DNA of 64,000 bases from Octopus vulgaris (taxonomy: Eukaryota), in assembly GCA_951406725.2 (NCBI GenBank), contig OX597816.1:98890001-98954000 (forward strand). The letters run 5' to 3'. This document shows positions 25,672 through 41,031 of the stretch, one piece after another; positions within the stretch are counted from its first letter, which is position 1; each line of letters starts with the position of its first letter. The notes below the pieces were generated by a model. It did no database searches, had not been told where the DNA came from, and saw nothing but the letters and a program-made list of their open reading frames with translations. Position numbers and translations under genes: made by a program.

Positions 25672-26042
25672 CAAATTAATTAACAGAGTTTCAAGTAGTG
25701 TTGCAATACGACCGTTTCAAGCGACTCCATTTAATTGAACAATGCAATCATTACTACATCAATTTAAATACAACGCTATCTTCAGCTTCACAAATAGGAT
25801 TTTCAACAGACAAGATATATTAATATAATTTTTCTTAAATATTTTAACAGAACAAGAAGATAGAAGACGTCCATATTGCAACTATTGTAGCAAGAATAGC
25901 TAAGAGAACAGATAACAATGCGAGGAACAGTGCTAGGAATATTAATGCAGTATATGGGGATCCGACTATTCGGATTTTTCTTTCCTCGGTCGAGTTCAGA
26001 ATTATTTTGAAACACATATCTACATAAGTATATACACATATG

Positions 26043-26275
<233 letters not shown>

Positions 26276-28399
26276 CTGTATTTTCTGTGTCTTGTGCATT
26301 TATTTGAATAATGTATCTCTCTACGTATTCTACTAAAGAAAAAGAAATCATATTGAATGAAATCCATTATCATATACGTGTAATTTCGCTCCTCTAGAAG
26401 ATATAACTTTTTCTCACTAAACTCCTTTAGAAATGATATTTGAGCGCCGATTAGATATAAACAAATCAACAAATGCAACAGCGTATTAGATTTTTGCTGG
26501 AAAAAGTATAATACTCCTCTTACGTATTTCCTAGATGCAGTAGCTTTTGAAGAAGTAATGTCAAACAGATAAGGTTATAACGTTGTGAAAAGGGCTTCCC
26601 AGGAAATTACTCTTGTGCAACGGCATTTCTCGGGATAACATAATAGTAAAACACATTTTTTCCTTAGAACAATGACTTATATTTTATTAAGTCACATATC
26701 GGAATGGTTGATTAGATATTTGCTAGTAATTGTATTGAACCGTGAAGAGAAAAATAAACATGATTAGCCGTAATGGATTTTATACTCAAACTTAAACATA
26801 TCATTTTATAGTATTAGAAAATAGACGTTTTCTTCCTAGTTGATTCACTCAACCTATTATGCTCTAATACCTACAATTATTGCTAAAAAGTGAGGGACAG
26901 AGCATTACAAAACTACATTCGTTGGGTTGTACAAAATCCCATTTGTCGGGTTGAAATATGACAGATGTTTGTAGCACTTCTGTCTTATTTCGGTTAAACA
27001 GCTTCAGTTTCTCTTCTTGACAGTTTATTTGCAGAGCGCATTTGATCTTGTCGAGAACTGTTTACCACAAAGATTCTTCACGTCTATTCTCTAAATCCGG
27101 TTTCTTGTACTTGTCGTGAAAATCACTACTAACATAAATGCAACTAATTAGCTGTGAGAAAATTATGTTTGATTGAGATGACGCTTTTATGATTTGTTCA
27201 TACAGCGAGGTATTCAACTTAATATTCGCTCCAACAATATTTGATGTTAGAATGTACATAGTCGTTACTAAAAAAACAATTAGTCTTTCTATTAGTTCAC
27301 TCGTTTCACTATCCTCAAAAATTACGTGAGTAATGTTAGTTACCAGAAGGTTGCTCACGTTTTGAAGCTCTGGTCCTATATAAATAGGACCAGGGCTTCA
27401 AAACTGCATTAATTATAACTTCTAGTAGAGAGGGCTGCAGTCTTTTCATATATCAGGCCAATTTGTGCAACCGAATTTAAATTCAGAATTTTGCAATTAT
27501 CTAAGTAAATATGATGCACCCAAGCTTATTAAATGTAAATCATAAAAAGGGTGTATGGTTTATTACCAATGAAAATAGAGGATTAAAATAAGATGCTTCG
27601 CGTTGAAGAACATGGCAGATCATTCTCAATAAGCTTGAGAACTTTCAATTATATGTTTATTACAGAACATGTTTAGACTTGATGTTGATACACATCTATA
27701 TACACATAACGTTCGATTTTATAATTTTGAAAATATATACCCAATGATATAAGTGATCCAAAACAATAAAAAGAATATTAAGCATAATCAGATTCACTTA
27801 TACAAAAAGCCTCGGTTAGGAATCACTGATACAGTAAATCGAGATCGTTACTTCAGTTGTGCATTTTATTGTATCTGATATAGATTAATTTGCGGGATTT
27901 TCACTCTGGAATTATCTCGTTAAGAATTACTTTCTTTAAAACACTTTTACTTCGCCGCTCATTTTGAGGCATAGCGTATTATGTAGATGAATCTCTATAA
28001 TATTCCCGTCACATCTGCCGAAATAATTCACTAAATCACCATTTTATAAAACAATGAACAACACAAAATTTCAAAGTGCCATTTAAAAAGTACGTAATTG
28101 TTTTCTGATATCAGTGGCTATATATTCAAGTGAATGATATTTAAATTACCGCGTGAACTTATTGAAAGCCTCTCATAGCTGTCATTCCTCTAGTAGTCTC
28201 GTCATTAAAATAGTATGTACAGATTTTATACACCGTTTATAAATACCCCGGATAGACACAAGACGGGATCAGAAGGCATGCAGTAGAAATGTTTGAAATC
28301 CGATGAGCAACGAAAATTTGGGTTGCGTCACATGCAGCAGAACAAATTCTGGGACAGATTAGTAAAGAAAATGAAAACCATGATAAATTCCAAGATATG

Positions 28400-28790
28400 A
28401 TATTTATCGATACTATACACATAGATGGACATGTCCAAAAATATAGAAAAGCACTACATAAAACAAAACTTAGAATTAAATTGTAGAGATCCCTGCAGCT
28501 CAGTCAAGTTACTAAAATATAAATCATACCCATACTTTACATTGTTAGCTCCTGTAGAAAACTTCAAAACTGGAATCGTAGTGTACCACACGGGAAATCA
28601 ATATATGGGAAATCGATATATGGACACGACAACAAATTATATAAGAAGAACGGCCCGCAGTATAGGTGAAAGGACTGCAGAACATTTGCGAGAATACAAT
28701 GAAAAGAAGCAAGCATCCATACTTTATAAACATGCAGTGCAGAAAGAACAAATCAATAAATATGGCAACACTAAAAGAAAGAAGTAACAA
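28400..28790 (+). pseudogene. Decayed GIY-YIG endonuclease fragment, probably from a PLE
   Basis: GIVVYH...NYIRRTARSIGERTAEH...SILYKHA resembles VVY...YIGxTxRxLxxRxxEH...SAIxxH. Confidence 0.55.
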
Positions 28791-29021
28791 ATACATGTAT
28801 GTGTATGTGTGTGTGAGCGCTCGTATGTTCGTACCTATTACGAAATGAATTACGGTTATTAGGAAGCCTCTTTATGGAAGCTTATTAGTGTTTATAAATA
28901 GAAGATAGAAAAGCTTGATGCAAGAAGGGGGATAGAGGCCATCCCACTCTTACATGTTTAGACACACACGCACACACACATACACGCATACACACTCTCT
29001 CTCTCTCACTCTCTCTCTCTC

Positions 29022-29061
<40 letters not shown>

Positions 29062-29704
29062 ACACATACACACAAACACATACACGCGTGCGCGCACTAG
29101 TCTGCACATAAATACGCAATTGATAAGAAAACGGAAAGGCAAGCCATAAGGGACGTGACCGCAAGGGCAATCACAACGACAGCATTGATATTAATAATAA
29201 CAGTAATATGTACGACATTTTGAACCCTCATCTTTATACATCATGGTCACTTTCTTTGACAGGTTTATTATATCAGGCCGGAAGAAATTACTCCAAGGCA
29301 AACGAAGAGGGTCTTTGTAAATATTTATGTAGTCTTTTAAATGAGGTATGTATGGTATCACCAAATACCGCACCCTTCCATTTGCATGTGTCTACCATGG
29401 CACGTATAGAGTTAGTTACACAGTGCTACACTTAAAAAAGACTGGATCCATTGGAAAAGGCATCCACACATGTCTGGGCGAGCACACAGAATGACGGGTC
29501 GGGAATCATTCGGATCTCTAGAGTTCCCGTAAGTATCCACTTCTTGTGGGAGTTCATCTGTCACTTGTTCTCGTGAAACAGAAAATGTAGTTTGCGTAAT
29601 ATTGTTTGAGATTAAGCGTTGTGGTACCCGAGCAGTTTCCCGTTATACTATACTAACACTGCGCAGCTTTAATGGAAGGCACGTTCGGTGTGGTATCGTT
29701 ATAT

Positions 29705-30120
29705 TTTACTTTTTACATATTTCAGTCATTAGCCTGCTGCCAAGTTGTGGCATCGCTTTGAAGATGTTTTAGCCAAATGAATCGACCCTAATAATTCTTT
29801 TTATTTTTTTAAGCCTTGTACTTATTCTATCGATGTATTTTGCCGAACTCCCAAATTACGGAGAGGTAAACACACCAACACTTGTTGTCAAGAGGTGTTG
29901 GGAAACAAACATAGACACAAAGACACACATATATAGATATATAAATCTACACATACATAAGTACATATATATGTATATATGTATGGATGTATGTACGCAT
30001 ATATGTATGCATGTATGTATGAACGTATGAATGTATATGACGGTATTTTGGTTCCCATCTACCAAATCTACTCAAAAGATTTTGGTCGGCCAGCTTCCTA
30101 CCACACAGTGACAATGCACC
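29705..30120 (-). mobile_element. SINE, family C
   Basis: TTCAGTCATT...AATCGACCC...TACTTATTCTATCG...TTTGCCGAAC...GTAAACACACCAACA...CTACCAAATC. Confidence 0.75.
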
Positions 30121-30278
30121 CGTAGGGTAGGATTGCTTGATAGCATTTCTGCTTCAAATGCAATGGTTCTGATGCCGCAGCCCAGCTTGCATTTCAGTAT
30201 CGAATACCTGTCCACTTTATCAAAAATCAACAATTAGCTTCCACGCATTTTCAGTCAAGGAGTGTATTACAGGCACGT

Positions 30279-30329
<51 letters not shown>

Positions 30330-32589
30330 CGTGCGTGCATGTATGTTTCTATATATGGTATGCACTTGAATTTTTGCTATACGTTTATTTTAGGATCAAT
30401 TAATTCATTTTAGGGCTAATTGTTTCATTTTAGGATTAATTAAAATAAGATCTATATTCCCAGTTAATCTGCTATCGTATTTAATGACAATACTTCGCTA
30501 ATCTTCATTAGATAATTTCCATATTGTCTTTCCGCTGTTGATTAAGAATTCAGTTACATCCGTGCCAAGTTACCTATAAATCTTCTCGAAACTTGTTGTT
30601 GCACAATAGTTATGGCGTTTTGTACACTTCCTATGAAATTTTATAATTCCATGCGCTTTTAATGGTATTTCTAGATATGTTGCTTCATATTTTGTAACAT
30701 AATAAAATCAAGAGAAAACATACCCATGTAATATAAACGCGTTGTAATCTCTGTGGTAAAATGGAAAATATTGATGTTAGTACCGAATCATAGACTAAAC
30801 TGTCTAGCGGGACGCCCGTTTATGCAAAAAATACTTTATATATTCTTTAGATATATTTTAGATATTCTTTAGATTTATTTACGCAAACAACCTCTTGATA
30901 CTGTAATTATTTCTCTGCCTTATAAGTATTTCTAAAGTAGAGAGAAACCAACCATTACTGATCGTCAACGAAAAGACCTTTAGATATATGTAATCAATAT
31001 TCTATATCCAAGAGCTTGATTACGGCTCTTATCAAAATGTTTTTCTAACATAGTATCATTGGTTTTTCTTATGGATGCCTTATTAAATATCTACTGTTAT
31101 GTCTCCAAATCTTTCACATCAAACAGAAAATTCTAAAGACATCATAAAATTGATTTTAATATATATTACTAGCTTTGTATGAATTCTTTTACTAACCAAA
31201 CCCTTCCACAAGAGCCAGCTAAACTTAGAATTGCATCTTCTCATCTACGCAATATTTCCAGAAAGAATTCATATTATCGTATCAATGGAATTAGAATATC
31301 GAGACGCCGATTGGAAATCTACAATGAAAAACTTATTGGTGGCTTAATATTTCTAATCATATATTCCATACATAGATTGCTGTATTTGATCAAAGTTTCT
31401 ACGTTCATATTCCTAAGAACATTTACATGTTCCTACTTCATACAAGATCTAATAAGAAGGTTTGTTTCATCTGTTTAACATCAAACCTCTTCGATTCCCT
31501 TTCATATTCCAGTAAAGGCGTTATTTTCACCGAATTCTAAACATCTTGCCTTTCACATGACAATGCTATCAACCTCTCAAATTTTTCCGATAATTTTATA
31601 TATTTTCTTCTCCATTTTCATTTCTACATTCTGTCTTACTTTCTAGATGCATTCCGCTTTTATTTGAAATATATCTCTGTCTCATCATTTTATCAGATAT
31701 CTTTCGACTGATTGGAAATTTATTCAGTCAGATTAAATAGATTCCTCTGTCTGAAACAAATACACTTCATTTAAATAAAAATAAGATATGCTGCAGCTAA
31801 ATAACTAAAAGATAATCAATACCAAACGAAGAAATGTGATTAAAAATTCGCCTTTATCAACATTTGCATAATAATTGCTTATTAAATTGCTGTTAAGAGA
31901 GATCTGGATGTTTCCAATGTGACCAGGAATAAAATTAAATATGTTTACATAACGATATTGTGTTTTCTTACGTATAACATGCCGTTATGCAACAATTCAG
32001 TCTATTAAACATGGCAGACAACTTCTCTACCCGTACTTAACTATATTATTATTTTATACATGCAACACATTTTAAAATGAGTACTCATTATAAATACTCA
32101 TTCATAGCTTGGCATTGTTCTCAGTTTCTATAAAATGGAAGATCAAATATCCAGATCTTAAATATAAAGAAAAGAAATCTACTCCTTCTTATTCAGTTTA
32201 ACTATCCACGGTTTTCGTCATTTCTCTGCAGTTTGTTATAAATGTTACTGTTTCACTATACTTTTTTTTTTAAAATACGTTGATCTTAATAGTCAGTCAT
32301 GGCAGCGGTGAGGTTGGCAAAGACTGGTAATTTATGGGTTCAACTCTGATCAACTTTGATCAACATCATCACTACGAAAACCACCATTTTCGGGGAACAG
32401 CTGTTGCTTTCGCACTCGCTCGACGTAACGGATTGGCTGCCAATTCGCTTAGTCAAGTGGCAGGATATGTGTGTGTGTATGTGTGTGCGTATGCGCGTAT
32501 ATGTGAATGCCTTTGTATCTGTATATGTATATATGTGTGCGTGCGTGTGTGTGCGCGCGCGTCTGTATGTGCGTGTGCATCTTTTATTT

Positions 32590-32725
32590 CTTATTTCTTA
32601 CTTGTTTCAATCATTAGACTGCGGCTATGCTGGGGCACCACTCTAAAGAACATTTAGTTGAATGAATCAACTCCAGTACTTATATTTTTGTTAAACCTGC
32701 TACTTAGTCTATCGATCTCTTTTCT
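32590..32725 (-). mobile_element. SINE family C 3' fragment
   Basis: TCATTAGACTGCGGCTATGCTGGGGCACC...TACTTAGTCTATCG. Confidence 0.6.
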
Positions 32726-33145
32726 TGAAAGGCATCCTTACTGTTACATCCGTTTTGAAGTGTTCTTCATGTCGTAATATTCGAATCACTGTTGAATTGC
32801 TGGTGTAACAATGATGTTCAGGAGATCTGATGACCTGCTTTTCTTTATTTCCATCACTTTGTGAATATACAATTGTATAATATTGTATTGCATTTTATAA
32901 TGCAGAGCACTCATATCAATGTTGAGATATAAACATGACGAAACATATTATATTCCCCTCTAAAATTATTACTACATGAAGAAGGCTTTGAAACGACAGA
33001 ATGAATTAATGGTGTAATTTAATGCAGGGCTTATTTAAATAATCACTTGATAAACACGTCAATGATAATGAGTACAGTTTACGCTAATGTGCATAGCAGA
33101 CTACAAGGTATATAAAATATATACATATGTGTGTGTATGCATATG

Positions 33146-33213
<68 letters not shown>

Positions 33214-34599
33214 GAGACGTACAGCAACTTGTTATCAGGATATCGTGCTATCTTCCATATTCATATTGTCAGTGCAGACAAGGTATGCGTCTGCAGTGTG
33301 ATTGGTGAAATTTCAAATATGGAAAATAGGATGACAACATATTTCTTACTTTTTAAATCCCTCGTGTATGTGTCTATGTGTAGTTTAATCTTATTTCTGA
33401 AAAAAACATTTTCTTCAGTTTAGAAAGACATGAATTATCACCAGTATATTTCTTCCTCGTAAATTTACGTTATAAGCCTCTGTATATTTGTATGCCTACA
33501 TGACGGTATAGAATGATAAATATTCGGAGAAACAAAATGCTAAGGTGATTTCATTTGCGAATTAGCATATTTTGAATTTTTATTGTTATTGTTATTTGTA
33601 TGTGATGGCAAGAGATGGAAGATATTTTAGTTCAACATTCCTACTGGGTGTTGTCTTCCTTCATCGAACCAGTGTGAAACAGAGCTCAACTGGTTCAATC
33701 TCTTAAATTAAATGGATTTTCTTAGAAATGGAATGCCATAAGAGGCTTTAATGAAACTTTCTCATTTAATGAATATTGAATTAATCTTTGAAATTCTCCA
33801 AGTCTGGAATGATAAACAAGATTCTCCTTCGAGGTACTGATATTTGCTGATTAAAGAATGCATGCCCCAACAGAATTTCGTTACATCACGTTACAAAGGA
33901 AAGGGAAGTCCTTATAAAACTACAGATTACATAGAAAGTACATTCATAGCATAAGCATAGTAAAATTGAGAGAGAATTGTGAAACTGACGGTGCCAATTG
34001 TTCCAAATGGTTAAAGAATTTTCAGTTCCTCACATAACTAATCTATACGTTTTAAACAACACATTTGCTTTTGTGTAGCATTTAATTTCACCTGGATCGA
34101 CTAAAATAAAGCATTTTTGATTATATATTCCGATCTACTAAATCGATTGTAATCTCTCATTCCGAAGAAAACTTTATGGATGAAAGACGTAAATTCTGCA
34201 ATTAGTACATGGTCACACATTTGAAATAACTATAAAATTTGATATACTTTTGAACTCGATTATTACCTATTACATTGACAGCATAGGATTTCAAAATGAA
34301 GGCGATAATATGGAGAGCTAGCGAATCGAATATGATAAGAATTAAAATTCAACACTGTTGTATAGCACCGCTTTCCTGACTGGACATGTATGTCAGTAAA
34401 ACACGTTTTTTGCATAGACTATACGCAAGAGTCCTCATTGACAGACTAAAATGCCATGCGCCAGGGAAATAACAATACTAGTAGACAAAAACTATACGAA
34501 GAGAACAGACTGTTCTCTGCAATTCAGAAGATATTCTCCAGAACACTATTAGGGAAAATGGTACAGACGTTGCGCTGAATGATGGCGAATCCACACAAT

Positions 34600-36230
34600 T
34601 TTGGTAAAACATATGGTTGGGGAGGCGCTGCAAAAGAAAAAAAGCATAACATAGATGCAACATAGATATATGAAGTTTAATATAAATTATCTAATCTATG
34701 AAAACTGAGATGAGAAATATTTTCAAAGAAGAATATTCAAAAGCAAGATAGGAAGATGCCAATCTGGATATCTGCTGCACAGAATGGAATCCAAAGAGCC
34801 TTGTAGAAAAGATTTAAGTGTTATTCATGACGAAAGAAGCACTTAAAGGGATTATTTAGAAGAAGAGGAAATTCCAAGTTGGATGGTGAATAGAAGAAAA
34901 CTTTGATAATGAAGTCTGTTAAATGGACAATATAAGCTGATTGCCTGTTTGAATTTAGTTTCGAAGTTGTTAAGAAGCATCTTTGCAGCGAAAGTGTATG
35001 ATCACTTGCTTCAGAATGAAACGTACATTTTCAAGCAGAGGGGATGTTGAAAAATTCTTAGAGAACCAAGCCTTAGCCTATTATTGACAAGGTAATCACG
35101 ACTGATTTAAAAATACTACTAAAGAATTTTTGCTTGGCTTCGGTAGAGTATAAGAAAGCCTTTGACATGGTCTCGTATTCGTGGGTATCGAAATTTTGGA
35201 GAATATTTGGAATAGTATCATGCATTTTTGGAAGACAACTTTGCATGCAGGAAATAGACACATATGTGTAGTCAATATAAAACAGGAAATATTCCAAGGA
35301 GATTCATTCTCACCGTTGGTCTTTGCGGTCGGTATGTTTTCATTCTCGATGGTCTTACGAGAGACAGATATTGACTGTCCGGTTGAAGACAGAAGACCTA
35401 ACATCAATCATATACTTTTCAAGGATAATTTGAAGGCAACAATAAGCCACAGGTTCATTCACTGGTCAGAAATATCCCTTCGTGCTCTAAAGACACTGGG
35501 ATTGTTTTTGGTACTGCAACGAGTGCTACTGGGCACAGGAGGTGGTGTGGAATTACATGGTCAAATCGAAAGACAAAAGAAAGAATTAAGAATTAAAAGC
35601 GGAAACTTCATGGAATTGCTTGACAAAAATCTATTTTATGGGTGTGTTTGTTACTGCCTGCTCAGGATCAAGTGCTAAACACAAAATCGATAAGGAATAT
35701 GCATAGCCCAGAGGAAACAAACGTTATGTGATAATGTTGTAATTTGACATACATTGTGAGTGCCTGTGACATGATTGCGCAAAGGGAATATAATAGGCGT
35801 ACGATAAAGTGTGCTTTCAAGCCCTCTATTCTTTATGCGAGACAGATAGGGTCCTAAAACATTGGACAATGAAAATCGTGTGGAACATTAAAATCCAGAG
35901 GGAACGAATTCTGGAACATATAAGTCTAGACGTAACTTTAGTGGAGAAATGTACTATAAAAAGATGTGTGCTAGTCGATGTAACTTACCCAGCGTATCGT
36001 TATAAGAACGGTAAAAATAAATAAAACGAGAAATTTGTAAAATATGCAGATAAGAGAATAGTTGACGATACGATATAGGATATGAAAAAGAGGAGTGCAA
36101 CCGATTATAGATAGTTTCTTGTGTTGGTGAAGAAAGATTTTCAGAAGCACCTAGACACTAGTTCATTACGATATTGCAAAAGGCAACACTTTTGGGGACA
36201 GAAAATATCTTGTAGAAAATACTATCTAAA
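34600..36230 (+). pseudogene. Decayed R4/Dong-like LINE (restriction-like endonuclease class)
   Basis: EYKKAFDMVSYSW, IFQGDSFSPLVF, INHILFKDNLK (LFMDDLK-like), CVLVDVTYP and terminal LQKATLLGT. Confidence 0.8.
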
Positions 36231-36900
36231 GTTACATACCTTGATAAGGAGTTAAATAGATGATCCAGCATCAACAAGATCATAATACCAATACTGATAA
36301 CAACAACAATTTTATTTATGTTTTAACACTGGAGTTTAAACTTGTAAGTTCATCCGTAGCTTTACGCTATCAGACAGACAATAAACCGGAAATTGTTACA
36401 AGAAAAACACGCCTGAAAATCCATAAGTATCCACAGAGTTTCTACGATTATAAGCAAAGAGAATTAAATGACCAAGTTCTTTATTAAAGAGATTTACAGT
36501 TGTTGCATCGGATAAGATTCTCATGAGCATAGATATATTATGCAATGATATATGCAGATATAGCAAAGCAAACGCTGAAGCGATAGCCGGTTAATGAAAT
36601 GCAGAACTAGCTAAATCCATTCTCCTTTGCTATTACTGTATAAGTATATGATGTCTATGTGAGTGTGTTTACATACATATACAGGTTTATATATGTGTGT
36701 GTATATATATTGGTTACAGAAACACAAGTATTAAATAAAGGAAGTTAGAACTTTAGATTTCTATAATGCATTAAGTACTAGATTAGAAAGTAGAGTACTT
36801 AGTTCAAACCAATTACAGGAACATCATGCAATATAAGTATATACCTGTTAGTTTGCGCGCATGCATCTATATGCATACATGTATGATACATATATATATA

Positions 36901-36940
<40 letters not shown>

Positions 36941-37284
36941 CGCACAAATACATATTTATATACACACGTAAAATGTATTATGTGCGATAATTTAGTTTCT
37001 TTACTGGTAGATTTCGACCTGAAAGAAATATTGATATATTGTATATTTAAGGTAAAGACCAATAGTATTTCTTATTTATAAATAAATGTATTTCTCATAT
37101 TAAACATTGGTCATTCCATTTTGTTTTAATTTCTTTTGGTCTATGTAAACGATGATCTAAGGCACACTGCTTCATGGTACATCATATTGAATGACTTTCT
37201 AATTTCTGTACAAATCTTCTCTGCTGATCTTTTGTAAATGATCTATGAAGTTTTGTTTCGAATGTTTCCATATGTTCGATAATC

Positions 37285-37440
37285 TGGTAGAATTGCTTAA
37301 GCACCTGAAAAATTATAGGTGGCATTTGCTCTGTTTCTTTACATTCTCGGTTCTAATTGCCGAGGTCGTGTTTGGCTTTCATCTCTTCAGTACCGATACA
37401 TTTTGTATCAGTTGAGCAGTGGAGTCGATTACTACAACTG
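37285..37440 (+). mobile_element. SINE family A (diverged)
   Basis: CTGGTAGAATTG...GGCATTT...GCCGAGGTCG...GCTTTCATC...CAGTTGAGCA. Confidence 0.55.
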
Positions 37441-38219
37441 GCAGTAGTAGGAAAAAACATTGAGCGGAATGCAATAACAAATTCTGCAGAAGAACATTTG
37501 TTACACATTAATGCATCTTTACATGCCGTCTACTTAAGACATTGCATTTCCGTGGTCAGTCAAATAAATACCAATGAAGCATTCGAAATGTTATGATCGA
37601 TTATAACCGGCACCAAAATCTGGGCTTTGCACTTGTAATAAATCCAATCAGTATTCATATTAATATTTCATATTAATTATTATATTACTAAAGTGATTAT
37701 TAAGGCGATTAAATCGTTAGACTACCTGAGAAAATATTTCGTGGTATTTAATTACGTTTACCTCCTTGTTTTAATTAACGATTGGATTTAATTAACCGTT
37801 TGTCCTTCTGGGGTGTATTACACACGTACACATGATAAAATGAATAGCATTTAATCAAATATTTCATTCCTTCAGTTTGTGATTTTATGTTATAAATAAT
37901 TTATCTTATCAGTGTAACACATTTGAAATTGCTTGACTCAATATAGCTCTTAGTGACTGCAGGTGATAACGGTTCGAAGTATATGTTTCTGTGTATATGA
38001 CATTCAAATCCAAATGAGGTATTCGAAATCATTCACTCACTTGTGGTATTCACATGTGTCCCAATAAAATGTTGATTTCAAATAAATCAACTCGACTAAA
38101 TTGGAACATGCTTGGTGATATCGGAACCGATGAAACAAGTACCAGTTGTGCTCTGGTAGTCGATGCAATCGACTAACCACTTCCTCTAAAATTTCAGGAT
38201 TTATGCATATAGGAGAAAT

Positions 38220-38403
<184 letters not shown>

Positions 38404-38859
38404 GAATTCGCACTATATACAGTATCGTGAGGTTGTTGATTGAAGATATTATGTCTACTGGGGGTTTATACTGTTTGTCATGCCACAACTAGGACCTCAG
38501 ACAGACAGGTGTTTATGCTTTTGTTCTAGGAGTTCTCGAACGATCGACAGTTAGTTCTCTCTTCTTTCCCTTCCCCCGGTACTTATTCGCCTTCATTTAT
38601 AATTCGTCATGTGTTTTACTTGGTGGCGGGGGGGGGGAGAGACAATTTTTTTTTTCTTTTGCAGGCATGCTTAACATTTTCTCTACAAACTACAAACAAG
38701 CCCCATCTCAGTTCCTTTTTTCCATTCAAAAACTAATGCAAATTTTGAACAGAGTATATTTGTGAAAAGAGCCCACAAAAATGGGTAATACCCCCTACAA
38801 AATGGGTGGGGGAGAAAAGTTGCCTAGAGTCGGCTACAGGAAATTCAATTCTATACTTT

Positions 38860-39168
38860 AAGGTGTGTCTTCTACTATAGCCTCGGGCGACCAAAGCCCC
38901 GTGAGTTAATTGGGTAGACGTAAACTGAAAGGTAAAAGGAAAAGGAGCCCGTCATATATATATATATGTGTGTGTGTGTGTGTTTATCCTTCCACCACCA
39001 TTGTTTGACAACCGATGTTGGTGTGTTTGAGTCCCTGTAACCTTGCTGTTCGGCAGAAGATATTGATAGAACAAGTACCAGAAAATAAGTCCATGCGTCG
39101 ATTTCTTCGACTAGAGGGTGTTGCTGCAGCATGGCTACCGTCAAATGACTGAAACAAGTAAAAGAATA
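38860..39168 (+). mobile_element. SINE family C (5'-truncated)
   Basis: GTGTCTTCTACTATAGCCTCGGGCGACCAAAGCC...GTAGACG..AACTGAAAG...CAGCATGGC...AATGACTGAAACAAGTAAAAGA. Confidence 0.8.
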
Positions 39169-39510
39169 ACAGAATACCAGAAGAATGTTCCGCACCACTA
39201 AATCAAAAATATCTTTTGAACATATAAGATGTATTTAAGGCTAAATAATAATTGTTTACTTTTGCGTAAAATATATTTTGGTTGGATTATATAGTTATCG
39301 GTTTTACATTTCTTTCTATATTCTGTAATTGTCACAATATAGAAACATTTTCCATGACACCAGCACACAATTTACAGATGTTTACATTTTTTAAATATTT
39401 TCCGTGAAAGTTTCCCAGGTTCAGCTAAATATGTACCAGTTATTCAATCCCTTTATCTGTCCTTGTTTGTCCCCTCTATGTTTATCCCCTTGTGGGCAAT
39501 AAAGAAATAA

Positions 39511-39575
<65 letters not shown>

Positions 39576-39679
39576 CATTATTATTATTGAGTGAGGGAGC
39601 AGTATATGCCATCTAAGTAACACTGAGGTACAAATATACGAAGCTCACTATACCCATCATGACTACCCGTCTGATAAAG

Positions 39680-40345
39680 TTCCGTGAAAGATCTCAGACA
39701 GACTTAACGCAATATACGTGCAGTTCCAAGTAATGCCGATTTTTGCAATAGACCTAGATGGTAAGGTATTTCTAAAGTTTCCAGATGTTTCTTCAGAGTG
39801 GGTGGTATTGAACTCACTGCTCCAATGATAAAAGGGAGAAACTTTGTTTGACGCTCGTAGCTGCCACATCTTGGCGATCTCAATTCTGAGGTCTCTATAT
39901 TTATCAATCTTGTCTCTTTCATGATAATATGTTTATCTCCTGCCACTGCCACGTCGATTATTAGTCACTCTTGTTTGTCTCTTCTAAAGGTTACTATGTG
40001 TGGCCTTCGTTGCTCTAACACCTTGTCTGCCACGAAGTAACAGTCCCAGGGAATTTTTGCCTTCCCCTTTTCATCCATTACCTTTTTCGGTTTATGTTGG
40101 TACAAATCACCTGTTACATTGTACCCATACTTCCGGCAAAGTAGCCACTACCTTGTTGTGTCTGCGCTTGTACTCTTTATGCGCAAGACATTCACAAGCT
40201 CTAACAATGGGAGTCACGCTTTCGACACACTTCCCAAAGATTCTGCAGAGTTTCGTTGCACTTGTGTGGTATATACACCATTTCCCTGAGTTGGTATTCG
40301 ATGCCTGAACCTGAGCAGCTATAATTACGCTTTCAGACTCCATGA
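39680..40345 (-). pseudogene. R4/Dong-like LINE 3' fragment (zinc-finger and RLE region)
   Basis: ESESVIIAAQ, CRIFGKCVESVTPIVRAC..LAHKEYKRRHNKV, IIDVAVAGD and LLQKSALLGTARILR. Confidence 0.82.
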
Positions 40346-40499
40346 TGCATCGGGGTCTTTTAATTTGTTGTTATTATTGCTATTCTTATTTTTAAGACAT
40401 CGCACAGTATCCAATATTGTGATGTTGTTGATTGAAGATAATTCTGTCTACCGGGGTTAGCCGCAATATTATTATTATTATTTAAAAAATTTTTTTTTT

Positions 40500-40830
40500 C
40501 TTCTTTCAAATTTTCTTCCGTTTCTTGCCGAGTGTCTTCCCGACTCCTAGGGCAAAGAAACTCATAGTGTATATTGGTAGGCCATTAAACCAAACTCAGT
40601 AGTTCGTTTTTTTTTATTTATTTTATTTTTTTAAAGTTAAATTAAAATACATGAGCAACAACAGTTCTCACATCGACAATGCTCTTCTCAATACGTGTGA
40701 TGTACCAGTTAAGACAATCTTTTGCACTTCTTGCAGGGATGGTAAGCCAGGGATCATTCTCATATAATTTTCGGTTCCCTTCTTGATCATTCCTAGTGCT
40801 CCTATGATCACTGGTATTGTAACCGCCTTG
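40500..40830 (-). mobile_element. R4/Dong-like LINE 3' end
   Basis: KAVTIPVIIGALGMIKKG...IPGLPSLQEVQKIVLTGTSHVLRRALSM*, then a 3' UTR; (ATT)n on both sides. Confidence 0.85.
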
Positions 40831-40869
40831 AGATGCCTTGAGATTATTATTATTATTATTATTATTATT

Positions 40870-40947
<78 letters not shown>

Positions 40948-40951
40948 GTTG

Positions 40952-40983
<32 letters not shown>

Positions 40984-41031
40984 GTTATTATTATTATTGT
41001 TATTGTTATTATTATTATTATTATTATTATT

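Noticed and set aside
27062-27358. 98-aa non-repetitive ORF
   Set aside because: No recognisable motif or clear splice signals; the length is expected by chance.
29210-29240. Decayed hammerhead-like string on the minus strand (GATGAGGGTTCAAAATGTC)
   Set aside because: Both core boxes are mutated; it cannot be distinguished from chance.
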